Source of the DNA: Planctomycetota bacterium
GTDB lineage: Bacteria > Planctomycetota > UBA11346
DNA length: 64,000 bases
Reading direction: 5' to 3'
Assembly: GCA_003136555.1 (NCBI GenBank)
Contig: PLEW01000036.1
Coordinates: 6,640 to 70,639 of the forward strand
Below the pieces are notes generated by a model. It made no database searches. It was given only the letters and a program-made list of their open reading frames with translations, and was not told where the DNA came from. Each line of letters begins with the position of its first letter. The first letter of the stretch is position 1. This document shows positions 28,862 through 38,523 of the stretch, piece after piece. Made by a program: the position numbers and the translations under genes.

Positions 28862-29743
28862 ATGATGCCCCAGCGCCTCCCCCTCCCATGCCCGCTCCCC
28901 CACCTCCTGCTGGTCGTCTCGTGCATCCTGGCGGGGCTGTTCCTGAGCGCCGCCGCTGCGGTGCCCGAGCCGTTCCCAGGCACCCCGAGCGACTATCACG
29001 GCTTCGTCCGGCATGAGTTCACCGCCAACGGCCAACGTTTCCTGGTCGTCGAGCCCAAGCAGCCGACGAGCGGTCGTCCGTGGATCTGGCGGGCGGAATT
29101 CTTCGATCATGAACCGCAGGCGGACCTCGCGCTGCTGGCCCTGGGCTGGCATGTGGTGCACAATCCCGATGCCGCCGGGCATTTCGGCGGCCCACTCGGC
29201 GTCGCCGCCTGGCAGCGCTGCTATCTGATCCTCACCGCCACCTATGGCCTGTCGACCAAGCCGGTGCTGGAGGGCTTCAGCCGTGGCGGGACGCTCGCCC
29301 TCGCCTGGGCGGTTGCCCATGCGGATGAGACCGGCGGCATCTACCTCGATGCGCCGCTGCTCGATATCCGCAGCCTGGCGAGCAAGCCCAAGACCGCGGA
29401 TCAGCAGGCGCTGTGGGCGGAGATCCTGCACCAGTATGATCTCACCGAGCAGACCGTGCCGGCCTACGACCAGGGTCCGCTGAACCACCTCGCGCCGCTG
29501 GCGGCCGCCAAGGTGCCCATCCTGCTGATCTGCGGCGATGCCGACCGCAGTGTGCCCTACGAGGAGAACGGCAAGATCCTCGACGAGCGCTACCGCGCTC
29601 TGGGCGGGCGACTGCAGCTCATCCTCAAGCCGGGCGGGGACCACCATCCGCATAGCCTGAAGGACCCCGCACCGATCGTGGCCTTCGCCGTCGGTGCGCT
29701 TTCTTCCCTGCACGCCGACCCCGCCATACCGCCGCGTCCCTGA
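28862..29743 (+). CDS. secreted alpha/beta-hydrolase-fold esterase/lipase-like protein
   Basis: Signal peptide. Nucleophile elbow GFSRGG (GxSxG). Probable acid/His residues in the ILLICGDAD...GGDHHPH region. Confidence 0.7.
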   Translation: MMPQRLPLPCPLPHLLLVVSCILAGLFLSAAAAVPEPFPGTPSDYHGFVRHEFTANGQRFLVVEPKQPTSGRPWIWRAEFFDHEPQADLALLALGWHVVHNPDAAGHFGGPLGVAAWQRCYLILTATYGLSTKPVLEGFSRGGTLALAWAVAHADETGGIYLDAPLLDIRSLASKPKTADQQALWAEILHQYDLTEQTVPAYDQGPLNHLAPLAAAKVPILLICGDADRSVPYEENGKILDERYRALGGRLQLILKPGGDHHPHSLKDPAPIVAFAVGALSSLHADPAIPPRP

Positions 29744-29827
29744 GGCCGGTACCGCTCACCACTGGCAGGCCTCGTGGGCGATGAAGCTGGCGGACCAGCA
29801 TGACCGTGCCTGGCCGCAGGCGGCGCG

Positions 29828-30093
29828 CCTATTTCTCCAGCGGCTTCTTCATCAGGTCGATGATGGCCTGCTTGCCCCTCTCCTTCAGGTCCTTGATGTC
29901 CTCCTTGCCTCGTCGGCCTTGACGCCGACCGCATCGAGGCGCGCACCCATTTTCCTGGCATATTCAAGTACGGATGCATACGATGCGTCGATCTTCTCGT
30001 TCACATTCCGGGTCGTGTCATCGATGCGCTTGATCGTATACCAGACACCGATCGCGGTAGCCGTGACGATGAGGATATTGCAGATGATTCAGG
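29828..30093 (-). pseudogene. decayed DUF948-like small membrane protein gene: no start codon, TGA directly before the N-terminal TM, and a 1-nt frameshift near 29905
   Basis: Reverse complement reads IICNILIVTATAIGVWYTIKRIDDTTRNVNEKIDASYASVLEYARKMGARLDAVGVKADEA. After a frame change it continues KEDIKDLKERGKQAIIDLMKKPLEK and ends at TAG. Local GC is clearly lower than in the surrounding genes. Confidence 0.35.
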
Positions 30094-30334
30094 TGGCGAG
30101 GATGCCCTTGAGGGTCAGCCTCTATGCGTTCACGGCTTCATTGTCGTGTGGCGCCGGCATAGCGTAGCCCTCTCAGCTGCCGCGGGTCCGATCGGGGCTG
30201 CGGCACCGCCCCGCACCCTGACGTGCGCGGCGGACCGTGCTGACCGGGAATCCCACGGTACGCGGAGGTACATCGGCGGGCTGCGCCTTCTCCGCTCTCC
30301 TCCAGCTGCCGACCATGCGCATGCGGCAGCGCAC

Positions 30335-31225
30335 TCAGCCGATGATCTGCAGCAGCTCGCGCGCTGCGGCGATATCCTCATTCATCGCGGTGATCACCGC
30401 CTTGAACGCGGTCTTGTCCAGGCCCAGATGCCGCCACGCCTGGGGATCGAGCTCGGAGGCATCGAAGCTCCCGGGAGAACGCATCCCGCGCAGGAAGCAC
30501 AGGTGCTCGACCACCATGCTCATCGCCGTCAGGCCAGGGACCTTCGCCTGCGCCAGATCATGCTGGTGGCGGATGGCATCGGTCAGGTCGGCATCGAGCT
30601 CCCACGTCTGGCAGAGCCAAGCCGCGATCTCGGCGTCATCGGTCTTGAGCACCTCGCGGGCGGCAGCGGTGAAGCTCAAAGAGCGCTCCTTGGCAATGGT
30701 GATGATGGCGCGGGTCTCTTCGGGGACGTTTTCGACCAGGATGAGCTTGCCGATGTCCTTGAGCAGGCCAAAAGTGAAGGCGTGTTCGGGATCGCAGACC
30801 TTGTTCATGCGGGCGATCGTCCTGCACATGCCGGCGGAGACGGCGCTGTGCAGCCAATACGCCTTCATGTTGAATTGCGCCTGCTCCTGCTTGAACAGGC
30901 TTACCACCGACACCGACAGGGCGATGGAGCGGATGGTGTCGAAGCCGAGCATGCTGACCGCCTGCTCGAGGCTGGTGACCGATTCGCGCACGCCATGGAC
31001 GGCGCTATTGATGAGCCGCAGCATCTTGGCGGACATGCCGGCATCCTTGACGATCACCGCGGTGATCATCGGCACGGTGGTGGCGGGATCATTGGCCATG
31101 CGCCCGACCCGCGTGGTGATCTCGGGCAGCGATGGGATGGTATGGATGCATTCGATGAGCTCGGCGAGCGAAGGGCGTTCCGATATCATGGTGGTGACCT
31201 CGCTGGGATCGCTGGGTGCTTGCAT
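30335..31225 (-). CDS. HDOD domain signalling protein
   Basis: HDOD region ...TIPSLPEITTRVGRMANDPATTVPMITAVIVKDAGMSAKMLRLINSAVHG... Last gene of the large minus-strand signalling block. Confidence 0.85.
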   Translation of the reverse strand: MQAPSDPSEVTTMISERPSLAELIECIHTIPSLPEITTRVGRMANDPATTVPMITAVIVKDAGMSAKMLRLINSAVHGVRESVTSLEQAVSMLGFDTIRSIALSVSVVSLFKQEQAQFNMKAYWLHSAVSAGMCRTIARMNKVCDPEHAFTFGLLKDIGKLILVENVPEETRAIITIAKERSLSFTAAAREVLKTDDAEIAAWLCQTWELDADLTDAIRHQHDLAQAKVPGLTAMSMVVEHLCFLRGMRSPGSFDASELDPQAWRHLGLDKTAFKAVITAMNEDIAAARELLQIIG

Positions 31226-31237
31226 GTGTCAACGCTC

Positions 31238-31732
31238 CTAAGACGGTACCGCGACCCGCACGTCAGCCGCGGGTAGCAGGATCATGCGCTCGCCCGGCCG
31301 CGTGCTGCGCAGCAGACGCAAGCCGACGCAGAGCATGCGGCATTCCTCGCGCTCCAGCCCGATCGCCAGCTGATCGAAGCCGTTCTCCAGGTATTCGACG
31401 CAGTCGGCGGTGCTCGCACCCATCACCTTGGCATAGCGCTCCAAGCTGTCCAGGCAGGCCTCCACCAGCTCCGGCTCGGTGCCGAAATCGGCGAGCGCGA
31501 TCACCGCGCGGATGGCGCCGCGCAGCGGATCTGGGCGGGGTGGGAGGACCGGTGGACGATGCATCGGTGTCATGGCCATCTCCTGAGCACATCCTGCGCC
31601 AAATGCCGATGGCGCGGCGCGCGGCGCGCTATCGTCACTGTCGGGCCCGGCGAGATCGATCATGCCGGCGGCGATGGCCAAGAGATGCGGGCGCGAACCG
31701 TCCACATGCCTGCACGTATCCTCGGATTTCAC
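31238..31732 (-). CDS. hypothetical protein
   Basis: ORF upstream of the HDOD gene on the same strand. The C-terminal half is protein-like (EPELVEACLDSLERYAKVMGASTADCVEYLENGFDQLAIGLE). True start uncertain; there are internal Met codons. Confidence 0.4.
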   Translation of the reverse strand: MKSEDTCRHVDGSRPHLLAIAAGMIDLAGPDSDDSAPRAAPSAFGAGCAQEMAMTPMHRPPVLPPRPDPLRGAIRAVIALADFGTEPELVEACLDSLERYAKVMGASTADCVEYLENGFDQLAIGLEREECRMLCVGLRLLRSTRPGERMILLPAADVRVAVPS

Positions 31733-32306
31733 AGCGGGAAGGATCGCTGCGCGGCGTGGCCGGCCGGGTGGCGCAGCGTGCCAACGGGATGCATGGGCCT
31801 GATCGCGCGTATACCGGCTTCCCCCGCCTCCGGCTCGATCGTGCTGCGGTCAACCCCAACCAATGTGGTTGGGGCCCCATTTCCTGGCTCTGGTCGGCTG
31901 GCGACCTGCATAGGCATCCCACAGCATCGGGGCGTACTGCAGCGCGTGAGCAGCTGCTTGGACAGGCCTGTGGGGCCGCACGGTGCGGAAGCCGGAGGAA
32001 GCCGCAGCGGGATGGCTGCTCACAGCGCGATCAGCAGCAGGTCGCATGCGGCTTGGGTCATCGCCAGCATGGCGGCGATGAACTCCGTGCCGTCGACCTG
32101 CTCGGGGCGTAGATGCGGCCACCGCTGCTGATCGATCACCTACCGACCGCAGTCGCCGGACGAGCGCATCGCCCGCCCCGCGCACCGCTGGTCGACGAGC
32201 ATGCGCATGGCGACCTGCTCGGGAACGGGGCGCCTAAAGATGGCGATCTGGCAGCGGGTGGCATCGACCAGGCCGCAGAGAGAGCACCGAAGGCACTGCT
32301 CCTGAG

Positions 32307-32738
32307 TTAGGGCGAGACCCCTTCACCTGGTCGGCCGGCAGCATCGCCGTCCGCCGCCATCGGCCCCGGGCGAGCAACCACCGGGCCGGTACGCGGCGCC
32401 GACGACTTGCGGAAGACCTCGGTCAGGGTCCCATGGATGGGCAGCAGCTTGTCCATCCGCGTCCTGGTCATCACCATGCGATTGCGCTCACTGACATGGA
32501 CCAGGTACAACGAGCCGTTGATCCGGCGGAAATCCCGGCACAGGCTGGCCAGGCTGCCGAAGGCGATGCTGGGGAGCTCGACCGCCTCTTCGCAATCGAT
32601 GATCACATGCTGGACCCCGCTATCGATGAACTGGCGGTTCACCTGATCGCGGAAGCCCAGCCAATCATTCTGGTCGAAGTGCCCGGGCAGCTCGATGACG
32701 CACTGCCCATTGACCATCCGGGTGTTCAGCATGGTCAT
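32307..32738 (-). CDS. STAS-domain protein (anti-sigma-factor antagonist-like)
   Basis: SpoIIAA-like layout (VIELPGHFD...HVIIDCEEAVELPSIAFGSLASLCRDF...LYLVHVSERNRMVMTRTRMDKLLPIH). The start overlaps the CheY stop (ATGA). Confidence 0.7.
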   Translation of the reverse strand: MTMLNTRMVNGQCVIELPGHFDQNDWLGFRDQVNRQFIDSGVQHVIIDCEEAVELPSIAFGSLASLCRDFRRINGSLYLVHVSERNRMVMTRTRMDKLLPIHGTLTEVFRKSSAPRTGPVVARPGPMAADGDAAGRPGEGVSP

Positions 32739-33130
32739 ACCGCCCCCGTTTCGGCTGCGCCGAGCGGAAGGCCTTGCGCCGCCTTTTCGACCGCACCGAT
32801 GATGCGATCGGCGTCGAACGGCTTGACGATGAAGTCGCAGATGCCGAGCTCGACGGCGCGGCGCATGGACTCGCGCTGATCGACCGCGGTGACCATGATC
32901 ACCTTCGCAGTGGGGTTGATCTGGCGGATGCCGGCGAGTGCGGCCAGGCCATCGGCATTCGGCATCACGATGTCGAGGGTGGTGATGTCCGGGCGCAGCT
33001 CGCGGTAGCGAGCGATGGCCTCGTTCCCATCCGCGGCCTCGCCGCAGATGCGGTAGCCGAGGGGCTCCAGCGCATCGCGGATGAGCTTGCGCATGAACAG
33101 CGCGTCGTCGACGATGAGAATGCTGATCAT
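32735..33130 (-). CDS. cheY: CheY-like single-domain response regulator
   Basis: MISILIVDDALFMRKLI...DIVMPNADG...VIMVTAVDQ...DFIVKPF. Receiver-domain Asp/Thr/Lys positions are all present. Confidence 0.9.
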   Translation of the reverse strand: MISILIVDDALFMRKLIRDALEPLGYRICGEAADGNEAIARYRELRPDITTLDIVMPNADGLAALAGIRQINPTAKVIMVTAVDQRESMRRAVELGICDFIVKPFDADRIIGAVEKAAQGLPLGAAETGAV

Positions 33131-33441
33131 CCCTGACTCCCCTGGCTTGACGCCTCGTCTGCGGACGGGGCGATGGCGAATTGCAGCGCCCCGAGCTGGC
33201 TGCGCACAGAGCGGTCCCCGGTGAAGGTCAGCGAGCCACCCTGCTTCTTCATCAGCTCGCTGGCACGCAGGATGAAGGCCAGGAAGGCCGGCGACGCCAT
33301 GACCGTGTCAGCGGCGAAGGCCATGGTGATGGCGGTCTTGCCGTTGCGGATCGCGGCGCGCAGATGCGACGCCAGGGCCTCCGCCCGGCTCTGGTCGATG
33401 ACGCCGCTGGCCTTGATGATGACTGCTGTGGAATCTGACAT
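33127..33441 (-). CDS. STAS-domain protein (anti-sigma-factor antagonist-like), second copy
   Basis: MSDSTAVIIKASGVIDQSRAEALASHLRAAIRNGKTAITMAFAADTVMASPAFLAFILRASELMKKQGGSLTFTGDRSVRSQ. Start at ATG 33439..33441 with RBS GGAGAG. ORF-track stop at 33127. Confidence 0.7.
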   Translation of the reverse strand: MSDSTAVIIKASGVIDQSRAEALASHLRAAIRNGKTAITMAFAADTVMASPAFLAFILRASELMKKQGGSLTFTGDRSVRSQLGALQFAIAPSADEASSQGSQG

Positions 33442-33482
33442 GGTTGCTCTCCGAGGAGGTGGTGGGCGCTCAGCGTTCCTGA

Positions 33483-34016
33483 TCACAGCTCGATGCGATT
33501 ATGGCCGAAGTCCTCGACCACGAGGGTGAGATCCTCAGGGGTGAATTCGACCCTCCGCCCCAGCCGTCCGCCGACATGGTGGGCGATGACCGGGATGCGC
33601 GCCGCTGCAAGCGCGTCGGTGACCGAGGCGATGTTGGATGCGCCGATGTCGCGAGTGTAGTCCAGCGCATGGTCGAACATGCGCGCCCCCCCGGCGAATT
33701 TGCAACGCAGGCGGCTGCGCGCTGCGCCATGGGCGGTCAGCGACTCCAGCAGGCAGTCCACCGCATGGTCCGCATACTTCCCCGGCAGCATGCCGCGTGG
33801 CCGGCCCTCGGCATGCGGCAGGAGCACGTGCGCCATGCCCGCCAGGCGGATCTCGGGGTCGTAGATCACCAGCCCGATGCAGCTGCCGAGGACGGACTGC
33901 AGGCGATTGGGAGAACGCGTGAGATGGACCTGGCCGATCAGCACCTTGATGTCCTTGATCTGGCCCTTGCGCACAGCTTCGGTGCTAATCATGGCCGGCT
34001 CCGCGAGTGATGGCAT
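33483..34016 (-). CDS. cheD: chemoreceptor glutamine deamidase CheD
   Basis: CheD core GQVHLTRSPNRLQSVLGSCIGLVIYDP...GMAHVLLP with the catalytic Cys-His arrangement. An alternative start at 33992 sits 4 nt after the cheC stop. Confidence 0.85.
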   Translation of the reverse strand: MPSLAEPAMISTEAVRKGQIKDIKVLIGQVHLTRSPNRLQSVLGSCIGLVIYDPEIRLAGMAHVLLPHAEGRPRGMLPGKYADHAVDCLLESLTAHGAARSRLRCKFAGGARMFDHALDYTRDIGASNIASVTDALAAARIPVIAHHVGGRLGRRVEFTPEDLTLVVEDFGHNRIEL

Positions 34017-34590
34017 GCAGCACTTCCGGCGACGGTAGGAACACCAGGTGGATGGTCGGCCCGGAGCCGATGCAGGCGATGCGCGCCGTCACCACCACCG
34101 CATCGTCGGCGCAGGCGGCGGATTCGATCAGCAGCGCATCCCAGGCCGCGGTGCCGACATCGACCAGGACCACCGGGGCTAAGGGCACGGCGACGATGTC
34201 CATGCGGCTGGCCATGCCATTCATCATCGAGGAGAAGAGGATGTTGGCGGTCTCCTGGAGCATCGAGCGCTCCATCTCGCCGATGCCTCCAGCCTGCTCC
34301 TCGCCGGGCAGTTTCCCGCCGAGGCAGACCACCAGCTGGGTGGCGTCAGCATAGGAGAGCTGCACCGCGGCATTGCCCGGCAGCCCGCCGTTCACCCGCG
34401 AGGCGATGGTGATGGTGGTCGCACCCGCATCCTCGCCTTCCTGGGGGATGAGATCGAGCCGGACTGAAGCGACCGAGCAGACCTCGATGCGGACCTCGCG
34501 GTGGAGCCAGCGGGACAGCATGGAGCCGGCATTGCCGGCCCCATGGCGCGCGCTGGCGGCGAGATCGTCGAGATGGATCTGGCTGATCAT
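33985..34590 (-). CDS. cheC: CheC-family CheY-P phosphatase
   Basis: CheC/CheX/FliY-type repeats (LQETANILFSSMMNGMASRM; ESAACADDAVVVTARIACIGSG). Start adjacent to the cheA stop. Confidence 0.75.
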   Translation of the reverse strand: MISQIHLDDLAASARHGAGNAGSMLSRWLHREVRIEVCSVASVRLDLIPQEGEDAGATTITIASRVNGGLPGNAAVQLSYADATQLVVCLGGKLPGEEQAGGIGEMERSMLQETANILFSSMMNGMASRMDIVAVPLAPVVLVDVGTAAWDALLIESAACADDAVVVTARIACIGSGPTIHLVFLPSPEVLHAITRGAGHD

Positions 34591-34591
34591 G

Positions 34592-37500
34592 TCAGGCTCC
34601 TGCGCTCAGCAGCGGACGCTTCGCGCACGCCAGGTCATGGATGCCATGGATGTCGAGGATCAGCGCGACCCCCCCATCCCCCAGCACGGTGGCGCCGCTC
34701 AATCCGCGCACCCGGTTGAACTGCGCCCCCAGGGGCTTGACCACGATCTCCTCGTCGCCGATCACCTGGTCGACGGCGATGGCGATGGTCTCGCTCCCGC
34801 CCTTGGTGATCACCGCCCGCAGCAGGCCGCCGGCGGCGGCCAGGGGCACGATGCCGACCACGCGCTGGAGGTCGACCAGGCTGATCACCTGGTCGCGCAG
34901 GAAGATGACCCTCCCCTTGCCGTCCACGCTGCGCACCTCACGGCCGTCGATCTCGACGATCTCGCGCACGCAGTCGAGGGGGAAGGCGAAGCGGGCATCG
35001 CCGATCTTCACCAGCAGGGAATCGATCATCGCCAGGGTCAGCGGCAGGGCGATGGTGAAGGTGGCGCCCTTGCCGGGCTCGGAGGCGATGGCGATGGTGC
35101 CCTTGAGCGAGAGCACCTTGCTGCGCACGATGTCCATGCCCACCCCGCGGCCTGAGATGTTGGTGATCGCGGCGGCGGTGGAGAAGCCGGGCAGGAAGAT
35201 GAACTGGTAGATCTCCTCGTTGGTCATGCGATTGGCCGCCTCGGCGGTCACCAGGCCACGCTCGATCGCCTTGCTCCTGATCCTCTCGACCGACAGGCCG
35301 CGCCCATCGTCACGAACCTGGATGCAGATGGTGCTGCCGCGATGGAAGGCCTCGAGGTGCACCATGCCCTGGGGGGCCTTGCCCGCCGCCACCCGTTCCG
35401 CGGGCGTCTCCATGCCGTGATCGATGCCGTTGCGGATGAGATGGGTGAGCGGATCGCCGATCTCATCGATGAGCTTCTTGTCGAGCTCGGTCGAGTCACC
35501 GGAGGTCACCAGCTTGGCGTCCCGACCACGCTCCTTGCACAAGTCGCGCACCAGCCGGTGGAAGCGCTGGAAGAGCGGGCCGATCGGCACCATGCGCGAT
35601 TGCATCACGCTGTGCTGCATGGCGCTGGTATGCCGGTGCAGTTCCAGGGTCGTGTCGCGGGTGCGCCGGATCTCGTCCTGCGCCCGGCGCAGGAGGGAGA
35701 TGCTGGAGAGCTGGCGCGCCGAGGCGGTGCCGCCGCCATCGCCGACTGCCAGCTGCTCGAGCGCCCGGGCATCCACGCCGTCGAGCAGCCGGACCAGCGT
35801 ATCGACCTGCTGGGTCAGCCGGGCCTTGGTGATGGCCAGCTCGCCGGCGGTATTCAGCAGGTGGTCGAGGCGCATGGTATCGACGCGCACCGTGTCGGCA
35901 GCGGCAACGCCATGCCCGGCTGCCACCTTGGCCTCCGGCTGGACGGAGGCATTTGGGCCGCCGGCGCTGCGCGCCGGGGCCTCGCCCGCGGCCAGGGGAT
36001 CGATTGACCAATCGCGCACCAGGTCGCAGGTGATCGCCTCGATGAGCTCGGCGAGCGGCGCGAGCGAGGAGATCACCGCGCACAGCGATAGGGAAGCGCC
36101 GGTGCCCTTCTCGAGATCGCCCCTGGTGGGGCGGGAATGGTGGATGGTCGCCACCTTGCCCAGGTTCTCGAGGATCATGCGGAAGCGCAGATCGGGCAGC
36201 TGCGTATGCGCTGCGAGCACCAACCGCACCTTCCACAGCGGCTGCCCCGTGCAGGCGGCGCGGGCGGCAGAGAGCTCTTGTTCGCTCGGCGACCACAACG
36301 GCAGGCTGGCCTGCTGCGCCGCCGCCTTGGCCAGCTGGCGGGCGCAGGCATCATCGAGGGCGGCGCAATCAGGGGACGACTCCTCGCCGCGCTCGACGCG
36401 ATCAATGCAGGTCTGCAGCGCATCCTTGGTGGCGAACAAGTCGCTCATCACCCCGGCATCGAGGCGCATGCGGCCATCACGGATCGCTGCCAGCAGGCTC
36501 TCGCCTTGGTGCGAGAGGCGGGCCATCTCGTCCAGGCCCATGCTCGCGCTGGCGCCCTTGAGCGAATGCAGATGGCGGAATACGGCGTCGACATGCAGCA
36601 TCTCCTCCGGACTGCCTTCGCAGGCCAGCAGCGACGCATCCAGCTCGGTGAGCGCTTCCCGCGAGGTGCCGATCCACAGGGGCAGGTGCCTGGCCATGTC
36701 CGGCTTGACCGCCAGGCGCTCATGGCGCCTGGATGCCTTAGCGGGATCGCGGCCGATGCGCATCGCCTCGGACGTGCTGCCTGGCCCCGACAGCAGCCAC
36801 GCCTCGCCCGGGGGCACCTCCAAGGCCGCCAGCAGCACGGCCGCATCCCCGGCGCAGAAGCCAAAGACGCCGATGCGCAGCTGGAAATCGCGCAGCGGCG
36901 CCCAGAGATCCTCCGGCCCGGAGACCAGCTGGATGATGCGTCGGATGCCCACGCCCTGGGAGATGGCGTCCATCGCCGCGGTGGCCCCACGGGAGAAATG
37001 CAGCAGGCTGTCGGCCTCGAAGAGCAGCGCGACCGCCTGCTTGCCCTCGCCCATCGCAACCATGGTCTCGCAGATGTCCTCCTCATCGAGCCGGCCATGC
37101 AGCCAGGACGGCGCCTGGCCGAGGTGCTCAGCGACCGGATCGTAGGCACGTGGGGGCAGGCTGGGAAGCTCCGCGGGCAGCGCCGGCTGCGGGAGCACGG
37201 CTGGCGCAGCGGTTGGCGGCCCCACGGGCGCGGCCGGTGCGCCAAGCACCCCTTCGAGGAGGCGGAGCGCCGGCTGGATGTCGACCTGGCTGGTGCAGCT
37301 GCCGGCGACATCCGCCATCAGCGAGCTGACCGTATCAAAGGAGCGGAACAGGGCATCGACCACCAGGGCGGTGAAGGTCACCTTGCCGTGCCGGATCAGA
37401 TCGAGCACGGATTCCATGAGGTGCGTGACCTGGGCGATATCGGTGAGCTTGAGGAAGCCGGCCGCACCCTTGAGGGAATGGGCGGCGCGGAACATCTCGG

Positions 37501-37633
37501 CGATGTCATCGGGACCGATGGCGCGCTGCTCGACCGCCAGCAGCCGGTCATTGAGCGTGGCGATATGCACACCCGCCTCGTCGAGGAAGCCGGTGACCGC
37601 ATCGGAATCGATGCCGAAATCATTGGCAGCCAT
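34592..37633 (-). CDS. cheA: chemotaxis histidine kinase CheA with two Hpt domains, dimerisation, HATPase and C-terminal CheW-like domains (no REC)
   Basis: Hpt boxes HSLKGAAGFLKL and HSLKGASASMGL. HATPase_c G-boxes (NGIDHGMETPAER..., SGRGVGMDIV). C-terminal CheW-like ...ILDIHGIHDL. Confidence 0.9.
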   Translation of the reverse strand: MAANDFGIDSDAVTGFLDEAGVHIATLNDRLLAVEQRAIGPDDIAEMFRAAHSLKGAAGFLKLTDIAQVTHLMESVLDLIRHGKVTFTALVVDALFRSFDTVSSLMADVAGSCTSQVDIQPALRLLEGVLGAPAAPVGPPTAAPAVLPQPALPAELPSLPPRAYDPVAEHLGQAPSWLHGRLDEEDICETMVAMGEGKQAVALLFEADSLLHFSRGATAAMDAISQGVGIRRIIQLVSGPEDLWAPLRDFQLRIGVFGFCAGDAAVLLAALEVPPGEAWLLSGPGSTSEAMRIGRDPAKASRRHERLAVKPDMARHLPLWIGTSREALTELDASLLACEGSPEEMLHVDAVFRHLHSLKGASASMGLDEMARLSHQGESLLAAIRDGRMRLDAGVMSDLFATKDALQTCIDRVERGEESSPDCAALDDACARQLAKAAAQQASLPLWSPSEQELSAARAACTGQPLWKVRLVLAAHTQLPDLRFRMILENLGKVATIHHSRPTRGDLEKGTGASLSLCAVISSLAPLAELIEAITCDLVRDWSIDPLAAGEAPARSAGGPNASVQPEAKVAAGHGVAAADTVRVDTMRLDHLLNTAGELAITKARLTQQVDTLVRLLDGVDARALEQLAVGDGGGTASARQLSSISLLRRAQDEIRRTRDTTLELHRHTSAMQHSVMQSRMVPIGPLFQRFHRLVRDLCKERGRDAKLVTSGDSTELDKKLIDEIGDPLTHLIRNGIDHGMETPAERVAAGKAPQGMVHLEAFHRGSTICIQVRDDGRGLSVERIRSKAIERGLVTAEAANRMTNEEIYQFIFLPGFSTAAAITNISGRGVGMDIVRSKVLSLKGTIAIASEPGKGATFTIALPLTLAMIDSLLVKIGDARFAFPLDCVREIVEIDGREVRSVDGKGRVIFLRDQVISLVDLQRVVGIVPLAAAGGLLRAVITKGGSETIAIAVDQVIGDEEIVVKPLGAQFNRVRGLSGATVLGDGGVALILDIHGIHDLACAKRPLLSAGA

Positions 37634-37635
37634 GA

Positions 37636-38499
37636 TCAGCGCTTCCTGTAGATGGTGGGACGCACGTAGGAGAATTCGCTGCTGCGATCGTTGAGGGTCT
37701 CTGCACCGCCCAGGATCAGCCAGCCACCCGATCTCAGCCGGGCGCTGACATGGCGCATCACCGTGGCCTTGCTCTCGCCGTCGAAGTAGATGAGCACGTT
37801 GCGCAGCAGGATCAGGTCGTAGGGCTTGCCCGAGGATGCCTGCTGGAGGTTGTGCTGGCGGAAGCTGACCAGGCGGCGCAGCTGCTCCTGCACCTGGTGC
37901 CCGCTGTTGTCGGGCAGCTTGGTGAAGTACTGCTTCAGGCAGCGCGGCGTCAGCTTCTGGAGCGCATAGGCGGAGTAGATGCCCCTGGCCGCGCGCTCGA
38001 GCACCTGGGTGTTGATGTCGGTGGCATCGATGTGCACGCCATGGGCGCTGCCAGAGAGGCCCGCGGTCAGGGCGATGGCCAGGGAGTAGGCCTCCTCACC
38101 GGTCGAGCTGGCGGCGCTCCAGGCGCGGAAATCGGCAGAGGCCGGCACCTGCTGCCGCCAGTGCGGCATGATGGTGCCGAGGAGGAAATCCCAGTGCTGC
38201 TTGTGGCGGAAGAAGAACGTCTCATTGGTGGTCAGGGCCTCGAGGCAGGCCTGGAACTCGTCCTGGTGGCCGGGTGCCGTGACATAGGCGTGGTAGGCGC
38301 TGAAGGAGGGCAGCTGGAGCGCCTCGACCCGCTTGCGCAACCGGCTCTGCACCAGGTTCTGCTTGGCATCCGCCAAGCGGATGCCGGTCTCGCGGTACAT
38401 CATCTCCTGGAACAGCTTCATGTCGCTATCGCTGAAGTGCAGCTCAGCGGGAGTCGTCAGAGACGAGGGGCTGATGCGGGTCGGCATGAGGGTGGTCAT
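37636..38499 (-). CDS. cheR: chemotaxis protein methyltransferase CheR
   Basis: CheR N-terminal and SAM-MTase domains (NETFFFRHKQHWDFL..., SAASSTGEEAYSLAIAL, LRNVLIYFD). Start at 38497..38499 inside ORF 37636..38628. Confidence 0.9.
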   Translation of the reverse strand: MTTLMPTRISPSSLTTPAELHFSDSDMKLFQEMMYRETGIRLADAKQNLVQSRLRKRVEALQLPSFSAYHAYVTAPGHQDEFQACLEALTTNETFFFRHKQHWDFLLGTIMPHWRQQVPASADFRAWSAASSTGEEAYSLAIALTAGLSGSAHGVHIDATDINTQVLERAARGIYSAYALQKLTPRCLKQYFTKLPDNSGHQVQEQLRRLVSFRQHNLQQASSGKPYDLILLRNVLIYFDGESKATVMRHVSARLRSGGWLILGGAETLNDRSSEFSYVRPTIYRKR

Positions 38500-38523
38500 T
38501 GGTCGCTCGTCCTGCCTATCCCT

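Noticed and set aside
30304-30332. Short inverted repeat GCTGCCG...CGGCAGC just downstream of the HDOD gene stop, considered as the terminator of the signalling block
   Set aside because: The stem is only 7 bp with a 11-nt loop and no U-tract. Too weak to call.
31733-32306. 575-bp gap between the first STAS gene and the hypothetical gene upstream of HDOD, containing ORFs 31850..32185 (-) and 31559..32131 (+)
   Set aside because: The ORFs have junk-like, Arg/Pro/Ala-rich composition. No promoter or RNA structure could be supported by eye. Left unannotated.
33000-33440. My manual reading of the printed sequence around 33060 and 33420 seemed to differ from the ORF track by compensating 1-nt G-run indels
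   Set aside because: These would frameshift cheY and the second STAS gene. The provided ORF track shows both genes intact, and all other start and stop codons I checked fall where the track places them. I treat this as my own transcription error and use the track coordinates. Read-level data would settle it.
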